From positions 26,784,001 to 26,848,000 of the forward strand of contig OZ024743.1 in assembly GCA_964016885.1 (NCBI GenBank): 64,000 bases of DNA, written 5' to 3'. The stretch is from Eledone cirrhosa (taxonomy: Eukaryota). A model generated the notes under the pieces. That model searched no databases and was not told the DNA's origin. It was given only the letters and a program-made list of their open reading frames with translations. A program made the translations under genes and the position numbers. Positions 12,506 through 24,159 of the stretch are shown in pieces; position 1 is the stretch's first letter, and each line of letters begins with the position of its first letter.

Positions 12506-15410
12506 TAGGTAAACACTGCGACGGCTTCAATAGAGTACATGGAGGCCATGGAGTTGGCACAAGGAATGAGGAAGGATTCAGACTTCTAGAATTCTGCGAC
12601 GCCAATGACATGTCGATATGTAACACAAACTTTAAAAAACCCGACAACCACCTGATCACCTATAGATCAGGGGAGCACTCTAGTCAGTTAGATTTTATCC
12701 TCATCAGAGGACGTGACAGATGGACGGTCGTAAACACAAAAGCCTTCCCTAGTGAGGAATGTACATCCCAACATAGCTTAGTTGTCAGCGACCTCACGGT
12801 CAGAACTAGACGAGCCCTGAAACAGAGGCCAACCTGGAGAAGAAAGATCTGGAAGCTGAAAGTCCCCTCAACCAGTAACAGATTTAAAGATATTTTACTC
12901 AACGCCTACGACAGTAAAGAAGAACAGATAGAGACATTTAACGTAGAAGAGAACTGGGAGTTCCTAAAAAATAACTTACTAGAGGCGACGGATGAGGTTT
13001 GTGGCTGGAGTAAGACCTCAAGCAGGAGGAGAGTGACTTGGTGGTGGAACAATAAGGTAGATGAAGCAGTCAAGGCCTAGAGACAGGCATGGAAAGAATG
13101 GAAGAACGGGGGGAGCAGGGTACATTACATAGAGACCAAGAGGGAAGCTAGGCGACAAGTATACTTAGCTAGGAGGGAAGCAGAGGATAGAAAATTCAAG
13201 CATGTTTTACAACGTGAGGACCAGAAACAGGAGGTATTCAAGATTGCGAGGCAGTGTGTCAGAGATAGTTGTGATGTCATTGGAGAGAAGTGTATCCGGA
13301 ATGATAAAGGTGAGCTTGCCCTCACAAGTGCTGAGAAGAAAGATGCATGGAAGAGTCATTATGATAGATTACTAAATGAGGAGAATGCATGGGAAGAAGA
13401 GACCCTACCCCACGTAGACCCTATAGAGGGACCAGCAGTACAAGTCAGCGGCAGCGTAGTAAGTAAGGCAATCAGAGATATGAAGATAGGGAAGGCAACC
13501 GGTCCATCGGGTATAGCTGCCGAGATGCTGAAGGCATCTGGGTCTGTAGGTCACACTATAACCACACGTATCGTTAACCAGGTAATACTAGAGGGGGCCA
13601 TACCAAAAGATTGGTGCAGTAGCATCATTGTCAACTGCTACAAAGGTAAAGGCGATGCACTAGATAGAGGAAACTATAGAGGTATAAAGTTGATGGACCA
13701 GGTCATGAAAGTAACAGAAAGAGTTATAGCACAGATGATTAGGGACCGGGTGAATATAGACGAGATGCAATTTGGGTTTGTACCAGGGAAAGGCACCACT
13801 GATGCGCTCTTCCTTGTGAGGCAATTACAGGAAAAGTACCTAGCTAAAAGTAAGCCACTCTACTTGGCATTTGTCGACCTTGAGAAAGCCTTTGACAGAG
13901 TTCCACGTGCAGTAATCTGGTGGGCTCTTAGAAAACTAGGAGTAGATGAATGGCTTGTGAAAGCGGTACAAGCCATGTATAGGGGAGCAGTCAGCAAAGT
14001 TAGGATTGGCAATGAGTATAGCGAGGAATTTAGCGTACAGGTTGGGGTCCACCAGGGCTCTGTTCTTAGCCCTCTCCTGTTCATCATAGTCCTGCAGGCA
14101 ATAACGGAGGAGTTTAAGACCGGATGCCCATGGGAACTCCTGTATGCTGATGACCTCGCACTCATAGCTGAATCTATGGTAGAACTAGAGAATAAATTCC
14201 AAACCTGGAAGCAGGGACTAGAGAGAAAGGGCCTCAAAGTCAACATGACAAAGACTAAGGTCCTTATAAGTAGACGAGAAAACAGAACCCAGATCCCCTC
14301 AGGGAAATGGCCTTGCTCAGTATGTAGGAAAGGTGTAGGTAGGAACTCCATTCTTTGCCCCAAATGCAAACAATGGGTACACAAGAGATGTAGCGGGATC
14401 TCAGGAAGCTTAATTAAGAATGTAGGATTCACATGCAGCAGCTGTGCTGAAACAGCAAGCAAACAGCCACAGGAAACAAGTACCACCAATCTCTGGGAGG
14501 GCCCTGTAGAAACAGTAGACAGCTTCTGCTACCTAGGTGACCGAATTAGCAACGGAGGTGGGTGCTCAGAAAGTACAATAACTAGGGTAAGAACGGGATG
14601 GAAGAAGTTTAGGGAACTACTACCACTGCTAGCTGCAAAAGGCTTCTCCCTCAGAACGAAAGGCAGACTGTATGATGCGTGTATCCGAACAGCGATGTTG
14701 CATGGTAGTGAGACCTGGGCGCTGAAGGTGGAAGACTTACGTAGATTAGAGAGAAACGAAGCCTGCATGCTCCGATGGATGTGTAACAGTAATATACGTG
14801 AACGACAAAGCATAAATGAATTGAGAGAGAGACTGAGCATAAGAGGAATCAAATGCTGCGTGCAGGAGAGGCGGTTACGCTGGTATGGACATGTGATGCG
14901 TATGAAGGATGACAGCTGCATAAAAAGGTGCAGAGCACTAGAAGTTGATGGAAACCGCGGAGTGGGGAGACCCAAGATGACTTGGGATGAGGTGATAAAA
15001 GCCGACCTTACCCAACTACACCTCTCAAAGTCAATGACACACGACTGTGACTTCTGGCGTCACGCAGTAATACAGGGTACCCGACCTCCCATGGGTACAT
15101 GCTGAAGCATATAAACAATATGCCCCCCCCCCCCCCCACCGCAAGGTGGTCGTGGAGGTGCCACGGCAAAAAAGCACCCAGCCCACACTGTAAAGTGGAC
15201 GTGTAGGCGCCACGAAAAAGCACCCAGCACTCACTGTAAATGAGGTTGGTGTTAGGAAGGGCATCCAGCTGTAGAAATCAAGCCAGATCAGTTCCTGTAT
15301 GAGCAAGGCATGGTCAGCCGACCAGACACTGCCCACAACAGGACAACCCGTCTAACCCATGCTAGCGTGGAAGAACGGACGTAAAACGGTGATGATGATG
15401 ATGATGATGA
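12506..15410 (+). mobile_element. RTE LINE family A, 5'-truncated, young
   Basis: End of APE, RT, PHD-like finger and C-terminus in one frame with a single stop at 13078-13080; ORF ends at 15105; modular 3'UTR; (GAT)n tail. Confidence 0.95.
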
Positions 15411-15517
15411 CATACATATATATATACACACATACATATATATATATATATACACACATACATATATATATATATATACACACACATACATATATATATA
15501 TACACACACACATATAT

Positions 15518-15550
<33 letters not shown>

Positions 15551-15729
15551 CACATACATACATATATATACACATACACATATATATATATATACACACA
15601 CACATATATATATATATACACATACATATATACATACACATACATATATATATATACACATACATATATATATATAGAGATATATACACACATACGTATT
15701 ATACAAACACACATCATGTATATATATAT

Positions 15730-18119
15730 GGTCCCAAGTAGTCACCTCCAAGAGGTGACAACACTTTGGACCTACTCTTCACCACTACTCCTGAAACGGT
15801 CATTAGTGTTACTGTTGAGGAACCTTTAGGTGACTCTGATCATGCTATGATCATTGCCAATCTATCCCTCATGGGCAGTAACAAAAACCACAACCATCTC
15901 GAAACTGTTACTGCACCGAGTTGCAACGTCTAAACTGGCTTGAGTTCTACGACTCTGGAGATGTCAACACTATACTCGAGAACATCCTGAGCTCAATATG
16001 GACAGCATGTGCAGCATCGGTGCCACGTAAGTGGAAAAAACATCCCAAAAGTGCAATTTGGGAGACTGCAGCAGTCTGTCTTGCCAGAAACGAACGTCGC
16101 AATGCTGAACGTGAGTACAAACTGCACAAATCAGACATTAATAGGAAGAGGCGAAATAGATCGTCCAACCGCCTCAAACAGGTGACAAAAAAGGCAGTGC
16201 TTCAATTTGAGCAGCGCATAGCAACCAGCCCTGACAGTAAGGTGTTCTGGAAGTATGTTCACTCAAAGCAGAGGCCTCACTCTCCAGTTGGTCCTCTTCA
16301 CAATCCCCACACAAGCCAGGTTACTGACGACCCCAAGGAATGCGCAGAGCTCATTGCTGAATGCTATGCAGGCATTTTCACTATTGAAGACCAGAGTGTA
16401 CTGTCTCCACCACCTATGACACCAGATTCTATTACAACCATGGAATTTACACCTGCAATGCTGCGACGTCACCTAAAAAATGAACGCAACCATGCCTCTC
16501 CTGGTCTTGATGGTGTTACGTACCTGCTTCTTAAACGTGGTGGGTACTTCCTTCTGCACCAGCTATCATGCTTCTTCCAATTCTGTCTGAACAACGGTGC
16601 TACTCCAGAACAGTGGAAAACTGCCAGTATCATTCCTCTGTTCAAAAAGGGTGACCGCACATCACCTGTGAACTATCGTCCAGTCAGTCTTACTAGTTGC
16701 ATTGCCAAACTGATGGAATCCTGTGTCAGAGAAACACTTTGGAACTTCTGGAACTCTCACAGTCTTATCCGGCCCTCGCAATTTGTATTTATCCCCAACT
16801 CCAGCTGCTGTGATCAACTTATCGAGTTTCTTGAAGACATCACCCAGATCACTGATGTGGCTCATGGGTGGATGTTGTTTACCTTGACTTTGCGAAAGCT
16901 TTCAATTCTGTGCCACACAAAAGGCTTATGGGAAAACACTCTGCAATGGGTGTGAAGGATGATCTTTTTAACTGGTTGAAGTCCTTCATTCTCAATCGAA
17001 GAGAGGTAGTCACGGTTCTGGGACAGCATTCCTCACCATATGAGATGTCATCTGGTTTACCACAGGGATCTGTTCTTGGCCCCCCTTTTGTTTGTGGCAT
17101 ATATTAATGACATAGATGCCAACTTAAAGAATGCCACAGTACTAAAGTACGCAGATGACATCAAGCTGTACCTTGAGATAAAAAGGAGAGATCCTGAACA
17201 CCATAGATCTTGCTTGCAGTCTAACCTGGACACAATGCAACAATGGATCTCAGACTGGCAACTCAAGCTAGCTGTAGACAAGTGCACCACCATGCATTTT
17301 GGGAGTAAAAACCCAGCGTCCACATACTCCCTCCACAGCACTAATATCAAGAAGTCTTCTTGTGAACGTGACCTGGGCATTACGGTCAGCAGCGATTTGC
17401 GTTGGACGAAGCACGTCTCTAAAATTGTCAAGAGGGCCGAGGGTGTCTTAGCATCACTCAGCAAGACCTTTGTCAGCCACTCTCCAGCTATCTATTTAAG
17501 ACTGTACATGGCTATATGGTGCGGCCACATTTAGAATTTGCATCACCAGTCTGGAACCCCTATCTTGCTCAGAACATTGACCGCCTCGAAACTGTTCAGA
17601 GACATGCAACCAAGCGAATATCCTCCATCAGGCATCTACCATACTCTGAGCGCCTTGCTTCCCTGGGCATGGATACATTGAAGCTCCGATGCCTGGTAAC
17701 TGACTTGGTAAACACCCACAAAATTGTTAACCATCTTGCCAACAACAACCCTGAGTACCTTTTTGATTTCCATGTGTCTAACACAAGTGGGCATGCCCAG
17801 AAAGTCAGAAAACAGCAGTTCCCATGACTTTCTGAAACATTTTTTCACGCTCAGAGTTGCTGAAGCATGGAACAAACTACCTGCATTGGTTGTTAGCTGT
17901 CGAGACACTGCATCCTTTAAAATCTCCATGCTTCCCGAGATTCGCCAACACTACAGCTAATGTTCCCCCTCCATACACATACACACATGTATATCACGCC
18001 TCATACACTATTCACTTCCTTGACATTTGTATATTATTCTATGTACTATACATGCACTATTGACGAGTTGTAGTGCACCTGAGCACTTTACACAATAATT
18101 TCATTATTATTATTATTAT

Positions 18120-18120
<1 letters not shown>
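15730..18120 (+). mobile_element. CR1-clade LINE, 5'-truncated, frameshifted
   Basis: NYRPVSLTS, YLDFAKAF, SGLPQGSVLGP, YADDIKLY, VRPHLEFASPVWNP, FFTLRVAEAWNKLP; (ATT)n tail. Confidence 0.88.
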
Positions 18121-18151
<31 letters not shown>

Positions 18152-18164
18152 CATATATATATTT

Positions 18165-18455
18165 CATCATTTTACGTCCGCTTTTCCCTGCTTGCAAGGG
18201 TGGGACGGGAACTGATTCTGGCCTGATTTCTACAGCTGGATGCCCTTCCTAGCACAAACCTCATTTACAGAGAGTGCTGGGTGCTTTTTTTGCCGTGGCA
18301 CCCCCACGACTACTTTCCAGTGGAATGATAGGGATCCCAGTCCTATCATCTCATTTCTACAGCTGAGTAAACTGGAGCAATGTGAAATAAAGCGTCTTGC
18401 TCAAGGAAACAACACATCACCTGGCCTGAGAATTGAACTCACAACCTTTCGATCC
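18165..18455 (-). mobile_element. SINE of the 2974-3319 family
   Basis: Reverse-complement similarity to 2974-3319; 5' head truncated. Confidence 0.75.
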
Positions 18456-18596
18456 AAAATTATTGGCCGTGTCCGACGAACCTGCAGTTCTAGAATCAGA
18501 CAGATCCATACAATGATCGTGTCTCGAGCTGTCTGCAAGCGAAACAATTGTAACACACAATAAATTGAGTCCAGATGGATCACTGATTTTTCATTT

Positions 18597-18636
<40 letters not shown>

Positions 18637-18746
18637 ATATATATGCATATATATATGTATATATATACTCTGTAGAGGTATGTATATATGTATGTATGTA
18701 TATATATACATATATGTATGTATGTATATATATACATATATGTATG

Positions 18747-19355
18747 TCAGGTCACCAGTTGGTGCTACTGGTAACATGTATCCCAGTACAACCTGTCTCA
18801 TGGTCGGGTCGTTGGCGACTAAACTGGCAACCCCACCAAGGTTTCTTGGTGAGGAGGGTGACTTTGGACATCTTGCAGGACTAAAAACAAAACCTGTCAA
18901 AGGGCAAAGGAGCTCTTAAGAGTCAATGGCCATCCAAAAAAACCGGGAGAGATGACCCCTTAGCCTTTGTCAAGGCAGAATTCTAGGAGAAGGAAAACTC
19001 TGATATAACACCTGCAACCCTGATGGTATCCAATGATGTTGACTTGTTCTTCTTTTTGGTAAATATCATCTTGGTTAAGAGAGTGGGACTGGCTTTGTGC
19101 AGTGCCTTTGCTCACTATAAAAGCTTCACGGCACAGGCATTGCTTTATATCTGGAGATCTCTCTGCACTTGTCGTCACATGGTACCATGGGCCCAGCACT
19201 ATGTGTCAATAATTGTCACAAGTGTAGTGTTTGTACCAGAGTTTTCAACTCGCTGGCTGGACTAAAAAGTCATAGTCGTTCAGTGCATCGGTAGGGGTTC
19301 TCCTACATGGATATAAAGTAGTGGCCGTACTCGAAAACGAGTTGGCAGCCACCAT
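18747..19355 (+). mobile_element. non-autonomous bipartite RTE derivative (5'UTR + 3' tail, no ORF)
   Basis: Middle resembles the 5'UTR of the BovB-like element (ctaggagaagg, gatgttga, agagtggga.tggc, gcacaggcattgc). The end gtggccgtactcga..cgag..ggcagcca matches that element's 3' tail. Confidence 0.7.
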
Positions 19356-19398
19356 ATGTATGTATATATATATGTATGTATATTCCTTGAGCTCATTA

Positions 19399-19556
19399 GA
19401 GGGTTGGACGCCATGCTTTCCAGCATAGTTTCCCTTTACGATTTGAGTTCAAATCCCGCCGAGGTTGACTTTGCCTTTCATCCTTATGGGGTCGATAAAA
19501 TAAAGTACCAGTAATGCACTGGGTAATTGCTGGCCTTGTGCCTAAAGTAGAAACAA
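19399..19556 (+). mobile_element. tRNA-derived SINE with Meta-like domain
   Basis: gagttcaaatccc B box plus gcctttcatcctt..ggggtcgataaaataaagtaccag. Confidence 0.75.
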
Positions 19557-20133
19557 TTAAATTATAGGGGATTAACATGACTCTTTAACTCCGTTTTTAA
19601 TTTGATATATTGGCTGCTAATTCATTTCTATATGTAAGTAGTGCTTCTAAAGTTGAATGGTTCTGGGCTGCTGCTTCTAGCGGTCTTTTGGTTCATTCAT
19701 ACCTCCATGGGCTATATAACACACATGCTTTTTTTCTCTTAACACCATGTGCATTATTTTAGTTATCTGATATACTTTTAGAAGTGTGGACCATAATCTA
19801 GTCCACCTGTTGATAAGCCCTCTCCAATGTGGAATCTTTACTTTTTATGGCAAAACAGTCTTTAATTTGAGCATGTTCAAGTGTAATAGTTATTATTGGA
19901 TGGTTAGTAAACTTTAATTTATTCTTTCAATTGATCTGTATTAGCCTCTCCTTTTGTAGACAATATATTCAACACTGGTGGTTTTCTATCCCCTATAATT
20001 AAACACATACTTCTATGTGTACTTCTCTCTATATACTGATTTATAAAGAGCCTGGAATCTATTCCTTGAGCTCATTAAATTATAGGGGATTAACATGAAT
20101 CTTTCACTTTGTTTTTTAATTTGATATATATAT

Positions 20134-20164
<31 letters not shown>

Positions 20165-20249
20165 ATACATGTGTGAGAGAGATATTTTATGTCATAGTGA
20201 TGTTAGCTTAGACTTTGTGCCATATTTTGAAAGAAATTAATTAGTCAAA

Positions 20250-20758
20250 TTTCTACAGAAAAAAGAAGGGAGGTAGGTGTAAAAACCAAACTCGCTATCT
20301 TCGATTCAGTGTTCATGCCTTCCTTTACCTCTGGCCGTGAATCTTAGACAATAACTGAAAGAATACAATCACAAATTCAAGCAGTCAAAATGGGGTTCTT
20401 CCAAAGGGTTTTTGAGGTAACATTACTTGATAGAGTTGGTAGCTTGGAGATCAGGAAGTCTCTGCAAGTAGAGCAACTACTTCTCCAAATTAAGAGATCA
20501 CAGCTCCAATACTACATACATGTGGTGAAACTGTTCCAGGAAAGTATTGCTGGACAAATGTTTCATTCAAGCAAAACCAATTGGCAGGATATCAAGGGGT
20601 AGACCATGAGCAAGGTGGTTGGATAATATCCATGAGCTCACTTAGGGATCTAACCAGGTCAATTGGAGACAGTTGCTTCTGATAGGGCCCACTGAAAGAC
20701 ATGCTTGAGGTCTATGCCCCATTGATCGTCCCATGAATAAGAGGGTGAAGAAGAAGAA
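20250..20758 (+). mobile_element. old RTE (Expander/Rex3-like) 3' fragment
   Basis: IQAVKMGFFQRVFEVTLLDRVGSLEIRKSLQVEQLLLQIKRSQLQYYIHVV...; (GAA)n tail. Confidence 0.7.
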
Positions 20759-20872
20759 ATTTGTACAGTTTCTAAATAATGATTTTAGAAATTTACAAAA
20801 CTTTCAGCATTTAGAGATTGAATTTACTTAAAGAATTAATGAAATATAACTACAATACAGCTTAGTACTCAC

Positions 20873-20983
20873 TTGGTGTATCTCCATCAATTTCACTATT
20901 GACCATGTCAGTAACAAAATCACTTAAGGATGAATATGATGAGCTAGTACTGTCTGCTCCATCACTGTCACTACCACTCTCAT
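20873..20983 (-). CDS. MADD: MADD exon (Ser/acidic region)
   Basis: 111 nt, phase 1/1; (D)ESGSDSDGADSTSSSYSSLSDFVTDMVNSEIDGDTP, cf. human [25 protein letters not shown]. Confidence 0.93.
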
Positions 20984-21759
20984 CTGAAACAATAAAAACA
21001 AAATTATATAATTACTTGGCTGAAAGCAGTATAGAGTAGAGAGGATTCTCCAGTTTTGCAGTGACTATTTATCTAGTGCTGGTGCCATGATAAATTGCAT
21101 CCAGTACACTCTGTAAAATGGTAGTGCTAGTGCCATGATATAATGCACCCAGTATACCCTGTAACATGCTTTGCATTAGGAAAAGCACCCAGCCAGAGAA
21201 ACAATGCCAAATATGGAAAATATGAGTGAGACATGGTTCTCCGACTCATTTAGTCTCAGACCATGATGACCTGTTCAATCTATGACAGCATGGAAAGCAG
21301 ATACAAAATGCTGATGACTGCTACAACATAACATAAATACTATATTTTAAAATTCTAGGTAGTTTTAATAATTTAGATGAATTATAGTGTTACAATTTTA
21401 AAAAATTTATATTTACATCTACACTATGTTTTGATTGGTTTGATCCCTGATCATCAATAGGTGTTTTATTCTTAAATGCATAGAAAGTACTAGATAGGAT
21501 TAGAACTAGGAACCTATAAACTATGGATGATAATGATCATATGCACTAGTTCATTGACACGTAAAATTAATGTTATTTTTTAAAGTTATTTTAATTCATA
21601 TTTCAGTAAAGGCAACCAGATTAAATTGATGTCAGTGTTAGGTTTACTGATTAGGTCAGCAGCAAGCATTATATGTACTGCTTCTTTGATTTTTCTGCTT
21701 TTACTTTGGTTCTCTATCAAATGAGGAAATTTATTCCAGAGCAATATATAATAATAATA

Positions 21760-21940
21760 ATTGTTTCTACTTTAGGCACAAGGCCAGCAATTACCCAGTG
21801 CATTACTGGTACTTTATTTTATCGACCCCGTAAGGATGAAAGGCAAAGTCAACCTCGGCGGGATTTGAACTCAGATCGTAAAGGGACGTAACTATGCTGG
21901 AAAGCATGGCGTCCGACCCTCTACCGATACTGCCAATCCA
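21760..21940 (-). mobile_element. Meta-like SINE
   Basis: Same family as 19399-19556. Confidence 0.8.
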
Positions 21941-22085
21941 ATAATAATGAAATATTGTGTACAGTGCTCAGGTGCACTACAACTCATCAAAAAGTGTATG
22001 TATAGTACATAGGGTAATGTACAAACAGTGCATGAATCATGATATACACATGTATGCATGTGTATGGAAGGGGTATATGATTTCC
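21941..22085 (-). mobile_element. CR1 3'-end fragment
   Basis: Reverse complement of the ~17965-18110 3'UTR (gtagtgcacctgagcac). Confidence 0.7.
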
Positions 22086-23270
22086 TTTTTTGTACCATAT
22101 ATGTTCAGACATTCCTAAGATGTTTCTGCTTCTATTAAGACTTTATAATGCTCTGCTATTTCATGTTTACCTCTAAAGGCTGTCACGTTTATCATTGATA
22201 AAATGTTCCATAAATGTATTCTATCTCTCAGGCATGAATCAATAGATATCTGATGTTTTGCAAAAGAGTCTGCTAGATTAGGTATATATTTAGCTGAACA
22301 TTTCTTTGTAGCTTAGTCATATCCGTCATATTTAATTTAACAATGCATGGAATGTTATCAATACAATTCTTAAAATATAGTAACAACTCTTAGGTAGGTT
22401 TCATTTAAGTGAGGAAGCTATTAAGAGGGTGTTATGTTTGAACACTTTGGGTATTAGATATGCTACAGATTTTCTGAATTTCTTTTTTATCAAATTGCTG
22501 CAATAAGCTAAAAACAATGCTTAAGAGGGGCTGTGGGCCCTACACAATGAGCTAAGTATTTGAAATTTAGAATTCATTTTCATTTGACTTGTTCATTCTG
22601 TATAAGCTGATATATTGATGTAGGATGTTTCGGCTCAATGTTGTGTACATTTGAAAATTTCATTTAAAAACAAACAAAAAAAAATATATACTCAAAATAA
22701 GTATAGTCCAGTATAGTTTTAGATGTGTTCAGGATTATATTTTCTTTTTACATCCTACTTTTGGTACATTTTCTACTGGCAGATGACATTCCTAATACTA
22801 CTCCATTTACAAAGTGTACTGGGTGCATTTTATTGTAGCACCAGCCCTAGAGAATTTGTCATATCAGAAAAACCAGAGCAAAAGGGTGAAAGAAGAGAGA
22901 AAAATGAAGAGAGACAGTGATGGTAGCTACATGCTTGCAGATAAAAGAGAGATAGAGTGAGTGATAGATAGTAACAGAGCTAGGTAAGAGAGAGAAAGAA
23001 AGAGAGTTATGGCTAGTAGTACAGAAGGATATATCAAATACAGATCTGGTGCAATCTCTCATTAGAGGGTTAATAATAAATAATAAGGTAACAAAAAAGA
23101 GAGATAGTTAATAGATGGAGATATAATAAGAATATAGCAGGCAAGAAACCCATTAAATTCCTCTTAAATTATTCACATAATAAAACAAAATCTCCTTTAA
23201 CATGTTCTTTAGTAGACAAAAGTTGAATCAAATAAATTTGTATTATTTCAATGAAGTTTATAGTACTCAC

Positions 23271-23487
23271 CAGTCGGATTATCATCACTGTGAATCTCTG
23301 ATGCAGATGTTAGAGCAGCTCCAAGAGTGGAATTATTATCATAAACTTTAAATTCCACAGGCTGAAGCTGATGTGAATACCATTTTGGTTTATCTCCAAC
23401 TAAAGATGGATCATATACAGCAGTTTGAACACGTAGGAACACCACATTATATGGACACAAAGACCATTCAGCATAAAATTCAACAGC
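23271..23487 (-). CDS. MADD: MADD exon (dDENN end)
   Basis: 217 nt, phase 0/1; AVEFYAEWSLCPYNVVFLRVQTAVYDPSLVGDKPKWYSHQLQPVEFKVYDNNSTLGAALTSASEIHSDDNPT. Confidence 0.95.
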
Positions 23488-23809
23488 CTGTTATAAAAAA
23501 AAAAAAAATGATTTAACACTTGTTAAATGAATATATAATGAAAAAGTTTTTCAGTAGGATATATTGAACAATAATTAATAACTAGAAAGAGTTAAAACAG
23601 GAATAAGAAAATTAACATATTTTTCATATAACATTTGATTTTTTCCTATCATATTACATAGTTTCTAGATCACCCATACATATGCCATTATTATCTATGC
23701 ATACATTCATCAGCTTTTCAGACATATTGTTAAGAATAGATGAATATGAAATCAATTTTCATAATTTCCCATATAAACTATTTTTGTAGTGTTAATGAAA
23801 ATAACTTAC

Positions 23810-23968
23810 TTGTGTCCGAGCAAGTTTTGCTGTAAAGTGTGTTTTAAATGGACGTGATTTCAAAAAGCTGTAAAGCTGGAATGCAACCACTGGGCGTGGA
23901 TATAGGCGAAGTGTTCGGGTGTGTTCACTGAAGTTTCCAAGAATATTTGGAGAATTGAAAAAGCGGAC
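23810..23968 (-). CDS. MADD: MADD exon (dDENN)
   Basis: 159 nt, phase 0/0; [53 protein letters not shown]. Confidence 0.95.
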
Positions 23969-24159
23969 CTAAAATAAATAAAAGAATTAACATTCTTAAT
24001 TAATCATTAAAAGAAGCATTAAAAAATAAATAAATATAATTCTTAACAATAATTGATACAATTACATACTATTTTTTTTAATCACAAGATAACCAAGAAA
24101 TTGTTTCTTGTAACTTTAAATTATATCAAATACATTTGTACCATGGAAGGATTATGATA

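Noticed and set aside
11921-12659. Long ORFs rich in YI/HT/CV repeats (also 3864-4508, 9753-10029, 15288-15829)
   Set aside because: Translations of TA/CA microsatellites, not genes.
13860-14975. Recurrent antisense ORFs (MVVLVSCGCLL..., ...HASYSLPF...) in every RTE copy
   Set aside because: Shadow frames of the LINE ORF; they recur only because the element is repeated.
22170-22650. Coding-looking decayed frames (also ~36650-36972 and ~52395-52770), considered as endogenous viral fragments
   Set aside because: Stop density is not clearly below chance and I recognise no motif; a tBLASTx search would be needed.
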